Part shown: in pieces, positions 49,273-60,900 of the stretch
Numbering within the stretch: position 1 is the stretch's first letter
How the letters are laid out: every line of letters starts with the position of its first letter
The notes under the pieces: model-generated
Database searches by the model: none
What the model was told of the DNA's origin: nothing
Seen by the model: the letters and a program-made list of their open reading frames with translations, nothing else
Assembly (NCBI GenBank): GCA_014905635.1
Contig: JABVCE010000008.1
Coordinates: forward strand, 1,240,001-1,304,000
DNA length: 64,000 nucleotides
Source of the DNA: Scenedesmus sp. PABB004
Lineage: Eukaryota
Reading direction: 5' to 3'
Program-made: the position numbers and the translations under genes

Positions 49273-50443
49273 TCACTCCATGACGCTGATGAGGTCCCTG
49301 AACGCCTCCTGGTCGAGCACGACGTCCACGAGCGCGCCCGCGTCGTCGCGCGCGGTGAGGCGCGCCATCGTGTCCTCCCACGCGCCGTCCCCAAAGAGCG
49401 CCATGACCACGTAGTCGTCCGTCAGGTCAACCTGGGCGTGGGTGTGCGTGGGTGGGTGGGTGGGTGGGTGGGAGGCAGGCGGGCAGGGACGGCGGGGGGG
49501 GGGGGGGCATGACGGCGGCGCCACGCGCGGTGCGCGCGCGGCGCGCAGCGTGTGTGCGTCGGGCAGCGTGCGGTGTGTGCGCGGCGTGTGCGCCGCGCCT
49601 GCTGTATGTTGTTGAGCGTGATGTAGTACACGTAGCCGTCCTTGTCCCGCAGCAGCACCGTGCCCGGGACCTTGGCGTCCAGCCGCACCTGCGGGGGCGG
49701 CGCGCGGGCGCCGTGCGGGCGGGCGGCGCGTCCGCGCCCGCTGCGGCGTGGCACCGCGCCTGCTGCGGTGCGTGGTGCTGCGCAAGCTGCGGTGCAGCGC
49801 CGGTGCAGCGCCGCGCGCCTCGACGGGGTCGCCCGCGCGCGAGAGCAGCTGCACGTGGCCGTCGTAGCCGCGCCGGAAGCCGCCCTCGTCGCGCAGCGCG
49901 TCGATGCTGGCCCGCTCGCGCGCGTCCAGCGCGCCGTCGCCGGCGCCGCCGCCGCGCAGCAGCGCGGCGGCGCCCGCGACCGCGGCGGCCGCGCCGCCGG
50001 CGTACAGCAGCACGCTGCGGCGGCCCTGGTGTGGGTGTGGGCGAGCGGCGCGAGCGGCGCGAGCGGCGCTGGGCATGGCCGCTGCGGCCGCTGGGCCGCG
50101 CGCGGCGAGGAGGCAGCGCCCCGCACCTGCTGCTGCTGCGGCGGCGGCGGGGGCGGCGGCGGCGGAGGCGGCGGCGGCGGCGCGACCTGCGGGGGCGGCT
50201 GGCGTGAGGGCCCGTTCGGCGGTGCCGTGCTGCACGCTTCACGCGTCGCGGTCTCCACACCTGCGGGTCGTTGTAGACGCTCGAGCGCGCGCTGCGCCCG
50301 CGCCGCCCGCCGCTGCCGCTGCTGCTCCCGACGCGCCAGGGGACGGGCTGCGGCTGAGCGGGCCGCGACAGGCTGCTCGTCGGGTGGGTCACACCAGGCG
50401 CCAGCGCGCGGGCCAGCCGCGCCTCAGCGAGCGCGGCGGCCAT
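49273..50443 (-). CDS. Unknown, probably plastid/thylakoid-targeted protein
   Basis: MAAALAEARL...VYNDPQ|VAPPP..QQQQ|GRRSVLLYAGGAAAAVAGAAALL...|VRLDAKVPGTVLLRDKDGYVYYITLNNIQQ|VDLTDDYVVMALFGDGAWE...LISVME*. Confidence 0.75.
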
Positions 50444-50509
50444 CGCGCCGCGCTGGCGGCGGCGGCTGGCGCGGCGCGTGCAGCGCGTGTGCTGCCGGCT
50501 GTCGGCGCG
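49958..50509. repeat. Inverted duplication 2, arm A (5' UTR, transit-peptide exons and two introns)
   Basis: Reverse complement of 62563-63138 with few substitutions and indels. Confidence 0.92.
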
Positions 50510-50784
50510 ACGCGACCACGGAGATCGCGGAGGCTGGTGGTGTGGCGTGATCGCGTGGCAGCACGGGAGGGAGAGCGACCGCCGCCGCTGAGACGCCGCT
50601 GAGACGCGGCCGCCCGGCTCCCGCTGCTCTGCGCGCCCCGTGACAGCGGCAGTCGATTCCAGCACGGTGGCGCGCGTTGACAGCGAGCGGCCCTGCCTCA
50701 GCAGGCGGCGGCTGCGCCAGCAGCGGCACCGGCAGCGGCGGCCGCCGCGCGGCGCAGCCCCCTTCCTCTCCCGGCCCCCGCGCC

Positions 50785-51597
50785 ATGGCAGCACTGTCGG
50801 GATGGCGCCAACCCGGCGCCGCGGGCGAGGGCGCCGCTAGCCGCGCGCCGCGGGGCCGCTCGCTCGTCGCCGCTGCTGCTGCGCGCCGCAAGCTCTTCTC
50901 GGTGAGCCGCTGTGCCGCCGCGGCCGCGCCAGCCGCCGCCCGCCCACCGCCTGACGCGCTGCCGCCGCTGCTGTCCGCCGCCGCTGCGGCCGCCGCCGCC
51001 GCTGCCAGGACGGCGCGCCGCAGCCACAGGACGACGCGCCGCGCGCGCCGCCGGCGCCGGCGCCGCGCGGCGGGGGCGCGGGCGCGGGCGAGGGCGGCAT
51101 GGCGGCGGCCAAGGCGGCGCTCGCGGCGGCGGCGGCGCGGCGGAAGAAGGCCAAGCTCGACGCGCAGCTCGCGCGCATGGAGCTCCTCGCGCGCAGCGGC
51201 GGCCTGGGGCCCGGCATCTTGCAGGAAGCGCTGCGCAGCCAGGCGCAGCGCGGCGCGCTCGCGGACGCGGCCGACATCGTGGCGGCCTCGCCGCCCGCGC
51301 TCTCGCGGGCAATCCCCGACCTCGACAGCGACTGGGCCGAGGCGGAGGGCGCCGGCGGCGCCGCCGCCGCGCGCACGACGACCGGCCGCGCCAAGGCGGC
51401 GGCCGCGGCGGCGGGCGAGGACGCGCTGCGCCTGGTGCGGCCCGCGACGCGCCCCCAGGTGCGGTGGGAGGGGGGGGCAGCAGGCGCGGCGCGGCGGCAG
51501 GCGTCCCCGACCCCGGCCCCGCGGCGGCGCTCGGATGCGGCGGCCCGCCTGCCCTGCGGCGCGCAGGGCTCGCTGTTTGGGGCGCTGGGCGGCGCGT

Positions 51598-51629
<32 letters not shown>

Positions 51630-52582
51630 TGGAGCGACATCCTGGACGGCGGCGGGGCGTGGGGCCAGGACGACGACTGGCCCGCCGGCGGCGGCGGCGG
51701 CGCAGCGGAGGAGGCCGACCCCGGCGCGGCGCTGCGCGAGCAGCTCGGCACGCCGGCGTTCCGCGCGTGGCTGCAGCAGGAGGAGGCGCGCAAGGCCGCG
51801 GCAGAGGCCAAGCGAGCAAGGCTCGCGCAGCTGTCCGCGGCGGCGGCGGCCGCGGCCGCGGCGCCCGCATTTGCGCGCACGGAGCGCCGGCAGCAGGCGG
51901 CGGAGCTCTCGGGCCTGCAGGCGCGCCTGGCCGGCGCGGCGCCACCGCGCCGCCCGCCGCCCGGGGCGGGCCCTGTGGACGACGAGGAGGGGGACGACGA
52001 CGACGTCCCACCGGAGCTGCGCCGGCGCAGCGACGTGGGGCTGACCCCCGCTGAGATGGCCGCGCTGCTGCGCGAGGCGGGCGGCGGCGCGGGCGGCGGC
52101 GGCCCGCGTGGGCGCGCCCTGGGCGCGCCGACGCTGCAGCCCTCGCGGTATGACGCCGCCGGCCGCGCGGCGGCGGGCGCGCTGGCGGCCGCGACGGCGG
52201 CGGGGCAGCTCAACTCGCCGCTGCTCGTGCGGCCGGCGGTGAAGCCGCTGGGCGGCGTGGCGGGGCTGCCGGAGACCGAGCGCCAGACCTTCTTTGATGC
52301 CGAGGACGCGGCGGCGGCGGCGGCGGCGCGCAAGGAGGCGGAGCGGCGGGCGCTCATCGCACAGCTGGCGGCCGAGGCGGCGGCGCAGCGCGGGCAGCAG
52401 CAGCAGTCGCAGCAGCAGCGGCGGCAGCCAAGCGGGCCGGCAGCGGGCGGGTTGGACGGCGCAGCTGGCGCCGCGGCCGCCAAGCGCATGGCTGCGGCGC
52501 TGTCCAACCTGGGCCTGTCGCGGCCCACCCGGCCGGGCGCGGCGCAGGCAGCGTCGCCACCGGCGCAGCAGCAGCAGCAGCC

Positions 52583-52651
<69 letters not shown>

Positions 52652-55126
52652 GGCGGCCAGTGCGGCAGGCCTGCAGAGGCCGGAGCTGCCCAGCGCCGTG
52701 GTCGACGGTGACGAGTCAGATTGGGCGGACGACGACGGCGGCGCCGCGGCCGCGGCGGCGGCCGAGGAGGCGGAGCGGCGGGCGCTCATCGCGGCGCTGG
52801 CGGCCGAGGCCGCGGTACGCAAGGGCACGCCGCAGGCGGCGCCCGGCGCCAGGGCCAGGGCAGAGGGGCCGCCAGCATTTGGCGGCGCGGCCGCGGCCGC
52901 CGCACAGCGCATCGAGGCCGCCGCGTCCAAGCTGGGGCTCTCGGCCCCGCCGCCTCGGCCGGGCGCGCCAGCTGGCGGTGTCGAGGCCACCGCGCCGCCG
53001 GGCAAGGGCGCGGCCGCGCTGGCGCCGGGTACGGCAGCGAGGGCTGCGGGCGCGTCCAAGGCTGCGCGGCAGGCCGCCGTGCCCCCACCAGAAGCATCGG
53101 CGCAGGCTGTCGCGGCTGCGGCCAAGATCGCGGCGGCCACGGCCAACCTCGGGCTGCAGCGCCCGCCGGCGCTCCAGCAGCGGCCCCAAGGCGACGAGCA
53201 GCGGGGGGCACCGAGGCAGGCGGGCAGGAAGAACGGCGGCAAGCAGCAGCTGAAGCAGCAGCTGAAGCAGCAGCCGGTCCAGCAGGCGCAGCAGCTGGCG
53301 CAGCAGCTGGTGCAGCAGCCGGCGCAGCAGGCGCAGCAGGCGCAGCGCAAGCAGAATGCCGCGGAGCAGCAGCTGGAGCAGGCGGCAGACGTGGAGGCGA
53401 GCAGGGCGGCGGCGGCAGCGGCCGCCGCCGCCAAGCTGCAGGCCCTGTCCGCCGCAGCCTCCAGCGGCGCGGCAGGCGTGGCGGCTGCGCAGCGCCCCAG
53501 CCCGGCGCCGGCGCTGCCCCGCGGGGGCGCCGCGCCGCCAAAGAAGCCGGGCCGGCTGCAGATGGCGCGGCAGCCGGCGGCCGAGGCGCAGCGCGGCCAG
53601 GTGGCCGCGGTCGTCCCTGCGGCGCCGGCCGCGAGCGGCGGCCGGGGCGCGGCGAGCGAGCCGCGCGCGAGCGAGCCGGCCCGCGGCGGCGGCGCCGGCG
53701 GGCAGCTGCCGCGCACGGTGTCGGGCGAGCGGCTCGCGCTGGCGGAGGCGCTGGAGGCCGCGCGCACGCCCACGCCCGCGGCTGTGATCGGGGTCGTTGC
53801 CGCGAGCGCGTGGCAGCGCGTCGCGCTGGTCGTGCGCCTCCCCGAGCTTGGCTGCAAGACGCTGCTGCCGCTCACGCAGCTCATGCCGAGCCAGCAAGTC
53901 GAGGTGCGTGCGGCGGGGCGCGGAGGGGAGCCGGGCCCGCGCGCGCCCGCGCGAGGCGGCGGCCCAGTCTGCGCGCGCCGACGACGCGCCCGCCCGCCCC
54001 CGCCGCTCGCGCAGCTGTTTGTCGCCGCCACAGAGCTGGCCGACGCCGCCGGCGTGGCCGACGCCGCCGGCGTGGCCGGCGCAGCCGGCGCGGCCGGCGG
54101 CGTCGCGGGCGCGCTGCTGCGGCGCGTGGGCCGCGCGGCGGCGGCAGCGCTGCTCGCGGAGGCCGGCCGCGGCTGGCGGGGGCGGGCATTACACGTGACA
54201 GTGGGGACGATGGAGCAGCCGCTGCACTTTGCGTTTGACCTCACCCGCCCCTCGGCGGCGCTGCGCCGCCGCCAGGCGCGCTGGGAGCAGCGCGAGGCCT
54301 TTGCCGCGGAGATGGCGCGGCTGGGGCTGGACCTGGGGCGGGGCGCGGCGGGGCAGGAGCAGGAGCGCTTTGTGCGCTGCGTCGCGGTGGCGGACGCCGC
54401 GCAGAGCCTGGAGAGCTGGCCCGCCACGAGCGGGGCCGCGGCGGCGCTGTGGGCGCGCCACGGCGGCGACGCCCCCGTCGGGGGCCGGGTGTTCCACGCG
54501 CAGGTGGGCCGAGCGGGGGCGACAAGGGGGGATGGGGGGTGGGAGGGATGGGGGCTTGCTGGCGGCCGCGCGAGCGGCGCTGCTCCCCGCAGGGCCCGCG
54601 CTGAGCCTGCTGAGCCCCTCTCGTGGCGCCGCCGTGGCCGCAGGTGGTTGGCGTCGACCGCGACGGCCGGCACCTGCTCGTGCAGGCGCCGCTCGTGACC
54701 GCGGCGGCGGCGGCCGGGGACGGCTGGCAGGCGGGCGCCGCGCTGGCGGTGCCGTGCGGCCTCGCGCCGGCTGCGGCGCAGCTCTACCAGCCCGCGCAGC
54801 AGCCCCGCTGGAAGGCGGAGCAGCTGCAGCAGGCGCTGGCCGACGCGGCGGCTCGCGGCGGGGACGCGGCGTGCGAGTGCCGCATGCGCGTGCTGGGTCT
54901 GCGGCATGCGCCATTCCTGAGCATCCCGCTGGAGCTGCTGGAGCCGGCGCAGCAGCCGCGCGGCGTGCCGGGCGGCGGCGACGGCGACGGCTCGCACGGC
55001 CTGCTGCGCGCGCGCCAGGCGCGCGCGCCGCCCCGCGCGGCGGCGGCGGGCCCGTCCGCTGTCTGGGCGCCTGCTGCGGCGCAGCTCGAGCTCGACGCGG
55101 TGCTGGGCGCGCTGGGCGCGCTGTAG
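50785..55126 (+). CDS. Large low-complexity protein (poly-D, poly-Q) with putative transit peptide and possible degenerate S1/OB-like C-terminal domains
   Basis: Exon 1 50785-50901 joins 51009 in frame. C-terminal beta-rich segments VIGVVAA..VALVVRLPELGCKTLLPLTQL and VFHAQ|VVGVDRDGRHLLVQ. Stop TAG 55126. The S1 call is tentative. Confidence 0.6.
52565..52650 (+). repeat. (CAG)n coding poly-Gln tract
   Basis: Read directly. Confidence 0.9.
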
Positions 55127-55139
55127 GTCGCTGGGCGCG

Positions 55140-55417
55140 GCCGGAGTGAGCCGGGCGAGCACGGCGACGGGTAGCAGCCTGCCGTGCCGGCGCCAAGGGG
55201 CCCCGCGTGTGCTCTCGGGGGGTTCGGCGATTAAAACCGGCGGAACGCGACTCTGTGGGAACGCCAAGCGTCGCGCTCCTTCAAAGGCCTCCGCCGTCTC
55301 CGCTTGCCGCCGCACCCGCCGTGACGCTGGGGACCGCGCGCGCACAGAGGGCACGCCACCGCGCAGCAACCGACGCCCGCCTCGCACTGCTGCCGCTGCT
55401 GCCGCCATGGCGGTCGC
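55140..55417 (+). repeat. Direct duplication 3, copy A (SLT promoter/5' UTR plus ATG GCG GTC GC)
   Basis: Near-identical to 57628-57921 apart from small indels. Confidence 0.93.
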
Positions 55418-55458
55418 GGCCAGCCTTGGTCTGGGCCACACGGGGTGGCGCGCGCTCG

Positions 55459-57393
55459 CTAGCCGCCCTTGTCGGCGGCGCGGCGCAGGCGGGCGGCGAG
55501 GGCTGAGCCGATGAAGATCTGTCCCAGCTGTCCGAGGATGCAGGGGATGGCGAGCAGGCCCTGCGCGGCACGGGGGGGCAGCGCGCGCGCGGAGGGGTCG
55601 GCCAGGGCCGGCGCCGGCGGGCGCAGCAGGCGCGGCGCAGCAGGTGCAGCGCAGCGCGCCGCCGCGCCCCGCGCGCGCCTGCGTTTTGAGGTCCGGGGTC
55701 AAGTAGCTGATCACCGTCACCGCCACGGGCGCGCTCTTCTGGCTTGACATGATGACCGTCGCGACGCCCTCGCGCAGCGGCAGGCGCAGCCCCCACACCG
55801 CGGCGGCGTTGAGCAGGAGCATCGCGACGTGCAGCGCCGCGCTCGCCAGCACCACGAGCAGCACCGCCGTGAAGGGCTGCTGCAGCAGCGTGCCGCGCGC
55901 CCCCGAGAGCGTCTGCCACACGATGCACGCGAGGTTGAGCGTGCTGAACAGGGACAACGGCGTGCGGAACCGCGTGACAAAGGCGCGCACGCGCGCGCTG
56001 GCCTCGCGCGCCGCCTTGCCCAGGACCGACGGCACCAGCACCGTAATCAGCAGCTTCACCACCAGGTTGGCCGGGTCCACGCTCACGCTGCTCCCCCCCG
56101 CCGCCGTGCTCAGCACCAGGCGCAGCTCGTACGGCACTGCGGGGCGGTGGCGGCGGCCGTGGCGCGCGCGCGCGCGCGCGCGCGAGCGCGCGGGCGGCCG
56201 CGGCGTCGGCGGGGGGCCGCGCGGCGCCCGCGCAGCGCCGGCGTGCCCCGCGCGGGGCTCGCGCCGCGTGGCGCCCGTGGCGCGGCGCCCGGGCGCACCC
56301 GTGACGATACCCAGCAGGTTGGTCGCGACCGTCAGCAGCAGCGCCAGCGCCTGGTTGCCCTTGGCCGCGGCGGTCAGCGCGACGCCCACGCCCAGCCTGC
56401 GCGCGTGCGCGGGTGGGGCGCAGGGCGTCGCGCGCTGCGCCGCACGCTGCGCCGCGCCGCTCGTGGCACTCGCGGCGCCGGCGCGGCGCTGGCGCGGGCG
56501 CTCGTGGCACTCGCGGCGCCGCTGGCTCACGTCGTGGGCACGACGCAGAAGATGGCCAGCCCCACCGCAAACTCGTGTGGCGTGAGCGGCAGGCGCAGCA
56601 CGGCAAAGCCAAAGCAGGGCGTGACGGCGAGGATCGCAAAAAGGCCGTACGACATGCTCACCAGGCCGCGCCCGCGCAGCAGCGCCCTGCGGCGGCGGCG
56701 CGCGGGCGGGCGGGCCCGTGTGCGGGCGGCCGCCGCCGCGCGCCCGGCGGCTGCCGCGCCTGGCGCCGCTCCGCCGCGCTGCGCGCTGCCGCCGCGGCCG
56801 CCGCCCGCCCCGGTCCCTGCTGCTGCGCCCCGCAGCGGCCGCGCCCCGCAGCGGCCGCGCGCGCGCCTGAAGTCGTCCGACTTGAGCGTGAGGCCAGAGA
56901 TGAGGAAGACCACAAAGTTGTTGACCGCCTGCACGACGCGCACGTCGCCGACCGACAGGCTCGCGACCGCGACGCCCGGCACGGGCCACGCGAGCGCGAG
57001 GCCCGCCGCGGCGGTGAAGCTGAGGAGCATGAAGTGCTCGACCACAAACGCGCGCACGCGCGCGGCGCTCGGCGCGCGCGGCGCCCAGCGCCGCCGCGCG
57101 GCGGGCTGCGGACCGGCGCCGGGCGGACCGCCGCCGGCCGCGTTGTTCGCGGCCGCCTCGTCGCCCGGCGACGACGGCGGGCCCGCCATCTCCAGCGCCA
57201 GCGCGGCCGGGGCGTCGCGCTGCTGCTGCTGCTGCTGGTGCTGCTGCTGGTGCTGGTGCCCCTCAGCGTCGTCGTTGAGCGGCAGCAGACCGCCGCCTGT
57301 GGAGCGCGCCGCGTCCGGCGGCAGCATCGGGGACGCCGACTTGTTCTCCGCCTCCGCCTCCTCCGGCTGCTGCTGCTGGTGCCGGTGCGGCAT
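55459..57393 (-). CDS. Sodium/metabolite (bile acid:Na+ symporter family) cotransporter, BASS4-like
   Basis: EHFMLLSF..GLALAWPVPG, VFLISGLTLKSDD, EFAVGLAIFCVVPTT|LGVGVALTAAAKGN, SSQKSAPVAVTVI, GLLAIPCILGQLGQIFIGS. Confidence 0.88.
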
Positions 57394-57627
57394 GGCGCGC
57401 GCTGCGGGCGACGAGCCCGCGGGGCGACGCCGCGCCGACGCCGCGCCGCGGCGCGCCGCTGCTGCCGCGGCCGCCGCGGCCGGCGCGCGGAGGCCTGTCG
57501 CCCGCGGGGCGCGCCCCACGTAGAGCGACAGCTGCGCGAGGTGCTCCAGCGGTCCCTCGACGAGGCGCCCCCCGGCAGCGTGAAGGAGCAGCGCGAGATG
57601 GCGGTCGGCCACGGCTGCGAGGGCGCT

Positions 57628-57921
57628 GCCGGAGTGAGCCGGGCGAGCACGGCGACGGGTAGCAGCCCGCCGGCTGTCGCGCCCCGACGGCGTGCCGGCG
57701 CCAAGGGGCCCCGCGTGTGCTCGGGGGGTTCGGCGATTAAAACCGGCGGAACGCGACTCTGTGGGAACGCCAAGCGTCGCGCTCCTTCAAAGGCCTCCGC
57801 CGTCTCCGCTTGCCGCCGCACCCGCCGTGACACTGGGGACCGCGCGCACAGAGGGCACGCCACCGCGCAGCAACCGACGCCCGCCTCGCACTGCTGCCGC
57901 TGCTGCCGCCATGGCGGTCGC
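57628..57921 (+). repeat. Direct duplication 3, copy B (the SLT promoter and start that lead into the intact gene)
   Basis: Matches 55140-55417 and runs into the SLT ATG at 57911. Confidence 0.93.
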
Positions 57922-60900
57922 CGCCGTCGCCCTGGGCTGGCAGGGCATCGTCGTGGCGGTGACGCTGGGCCTGAGGTGCGCGCGCCGGCCCGCCGCGCCC
58001 CCGGCGCGCGCGCGTTAGCGGGCGCGCTGCCTCGAGGTTGTTGGAGGCTCTGGCGCGCCGCCGGCGTTCCGCGGCCGTGCGCGCCCTGCATTGGGGCGCG
58101 AGGCGCGGTCCCATGCCATGCGCGCCGCGCGCCGCCGCCCTGCGCGCCCGCACGCGTGCGTCCTGGCACGCCGTTCGCCATCCGATGGCACGGCCGCCCG
58201 CCCCGCCCCGCCCCGCCCGCGCGCCCGCCCGCGCAGCCTCATCGTGATGGGCATGGACCTGGTGGGTCCGGACCTGGTCTTTGGCGGCCTCACCGCGCTC
58301 TACGTGACGAGCGGCATCATCAGCATCAAGGACGGCGCCGCCGGCTTCTCCAACACTGGCGTCCTCACCGTGCTCGTGCTCTACCTCGTCGCCGAGGGCG
58401 TGTCGCAGACCGGAGGTGCGCCGCGCGCCCCCCGCGCCGCGCCGCCCCCCGCGCCGCGCCTCGGGGCCCAGGCGCGCGCCGGCGGCGTCCCCGTTTGGCG
58501 CGCGCGCCCGACGCCCGCCACCCGCGCGCCGCCGCTGCCGCTGCTGCGCGCAGGCCTCGACCTGGCCATGAACTTCATGCTCGGCCGCGCCTCCACCGTG
58601 TTCTGGGCCCAGGTGCGCGCGCGCTGGGGCCGCAGCCCGCCGCCGCTGCGCGCCCGCGGCCCACCGCCCGCGCCGCGCGCCCGCCCCACCAGGTGCGCAT
58701 GATGATCCCCGTCATGGTCGCCTCCGCCTTCCTCAACAACACGCCTATTTGCGCTCTTATGATACCAATCTTGATCAGCTGGGGTCGTAGGCGCGTTTGG
58801 CGGCGGCGGGAGCGCGCGGGGGCGCGCGCCCCTGCCCCTGCCCCCGTGCACCGCGCCGCGCGCGCTCGCCGACCCCTGGCCCGCGTCCGCGCCCGCGCGT
58901 CCGCGCCCGCAGGTGCGGCATCAGCCCCAAGAAGCTGCTCATCCCCATGTCCTTTGCGACCGTGCTCGGCGGCACCGCGACGCTCATCGGCACGTCGACC
59001 AACCTCGTCGTCAGCGGGCTGCAGCAGGAGAAGTACGGTACGACCGACCCCTCCAAGGTCTTCCAGTTCTTCTCCATCACCCCCTACGGCGTGCCCTACG
59101 CCGTCTGGGGTGCGGCGCGCGCGCCGGCCGCCTGGCCCCGCGCCCTGCGCCGCCGCTCCCTCTGGCCCCGCCGCCGCCCCGCCGCCGCTGAACCCTGGTC
59201 CTCGCTGAACCCTGGTCCCCGCTGAACCCTGATGCTCCCCGCAGGCATGGCGTACATCATCCTGTTCAGCAAGTGGCTGCTCCCCGGCGACGAGGCGGCC
59301 GACGACCTCACCTCGGGCCTGCTCGTCACCGTCGGCTCGCCCCTCGCGGGCAAGACGGCCAAGGAGGGCGGCCTGCAGGGCAACAAGGTCGCGCTGACCG
59401 CCATCAGCCACGGCCACGCGACCGCCGTGCCCTACACCGCCGACACGCTCATCCACGAGGGCGACACCCTCTTCGTCACGGGTGCGCCCCCGCCGCGCCG
59501 CGCTGCGGGCCAGGGCCAGGGCCAGGGCCAGACCTCGGGCGCCCGCTCGCGGGCTCGGCCCGCGGCGCCGCTGACGCGCGCCCACGCCCGCGCCGCCGTG
59601 ACGCCGCGCCGCAGGCTCGGTGCACGCGGCGGAGCAGGTCGCGCGCGACTTCAAGCTCGTGCTCCTCACCAGCGACGACGACGCGGCGCGCAAGAGCAGC
59701 CCCGGCGTCAACCTGCTCTCCGCCGCCGCGACCGACGTGGAGGAGGGCTTCGACCTCGCCGCCACCGGCAACCCCAGCTCCAGCCTCGTCCAGGCGCGCG
59801 CGCCGCGCTGCGGGCCGCGCCGCAGGCCGCGCCGCAGGCCGCGCCGCAGGCCGCGCCGCAGGCCGCGCCGCAGGCCGCGCCGCAGGCCGCGCCGCAGGCC
59901 GCGCCGCAGGCCGCGCCGCAGGCCGCGCCGCAGGCCGCGCCGCAGGCCGCGCCGCAGGCCGCGCCGCGCGGCGGCCCGCCCGCGCGCGCCCCGCCTGCGC
60001 GCGGCGGCCGACGCGCGCCTCGCGCGCCCGCGGCGCAGGTGACGCTCAAGAAGGGCAGCCCCCTGATCGGCCAGTCCATCCGCGCGATCGGCTTCCGCGG
60101 CCGCTTCCAGGCCGCGGTGATCGCGGTGAAGCGGTCCAAGAACGTGCAGCCCGGCCGCATCGGCGACATCACGCTGCAGGCGCGCGACGTGCTCGTCCTC
60201 TCCACCGGCACGCGCTTCGACCGCACGTCGGAGGACGTGACGGCCAACTTTGAGAAGCTGCTCTACCTCGACGAGGCGCTCGCGCGCCAGTTCACGACCG
60301 CGGTGCGCGTCGGCAAGCGCAGCAAGGAGGCGGGGCGGTCGATCCAGGACGTCGGCCTGCGCGGCATCAACGGGCTCTTCCTGTTTGAGATCGAGCGCGC
60401 CGACGGGTCGCGCCTCAAGGCGGTCGACCACAACACGCTGCTCGAGGTCGGCGACGTGCTCTGGTTTGCGGGCGACCTCGACGGCGTGGCCTACCTGCAG
60501 AAGTACACCACGCTCGAGCACATGCAGGCGCGCTGCGCCCCGCGCGCGCACGCCCCGCACCCGCGCACCGCGCGCCCGCGCCCGCCGCCGCCGACCACCG
60601 CTGACCCCCGCTGACCCCCAAATCCGCCCCCGCCCCCGGCCGCCGCGCGCGCGCAGGCGGACCAGGTGGAGAAGCTCGAGAGCGACATCATCTACCGCCG
60701 CCTCGTGCAGGTCGTGGTGAGCCAGCACGTGCTGCCCGGCAAGCGGCTCAAGGACGTGCGCTTCCGCCACACCTACGGCGCGGCCGTGCTCGGCGTGCAC
60801 CGCGCGGGGCAGCCCGTCGCGGGCGACATCCGCGAGGTCCCGCTCAGGGCCGGCGACGTGCTCGTCGTCGAGGCGGGGCCCGAGTTCCTGCACAACTTCA

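Noticed and set aside
56460..56521. 21-nt direct repeat CTCGTGGCACTCGCGGCGCCG in a BASS intron
   Set aside because: Ordinary local intronic duplication with no further structure
50837..56989. 2050-aa minus-strand ORF, and similar giant ORFs such as 14887-18741 (+)
   Set aside because: Largely antisense or off-frame shadows of real genes. Stops are rare at this GC content and the translations are Arg/Ala/Pro/Cys low-complexity.
59814..59957. Regular repeat arrays (also 8163-8231 and 20440-21600) as possible CRISPR
   Set aside because: No unique spacers, no cas genes, eukaryotic intron or coding context
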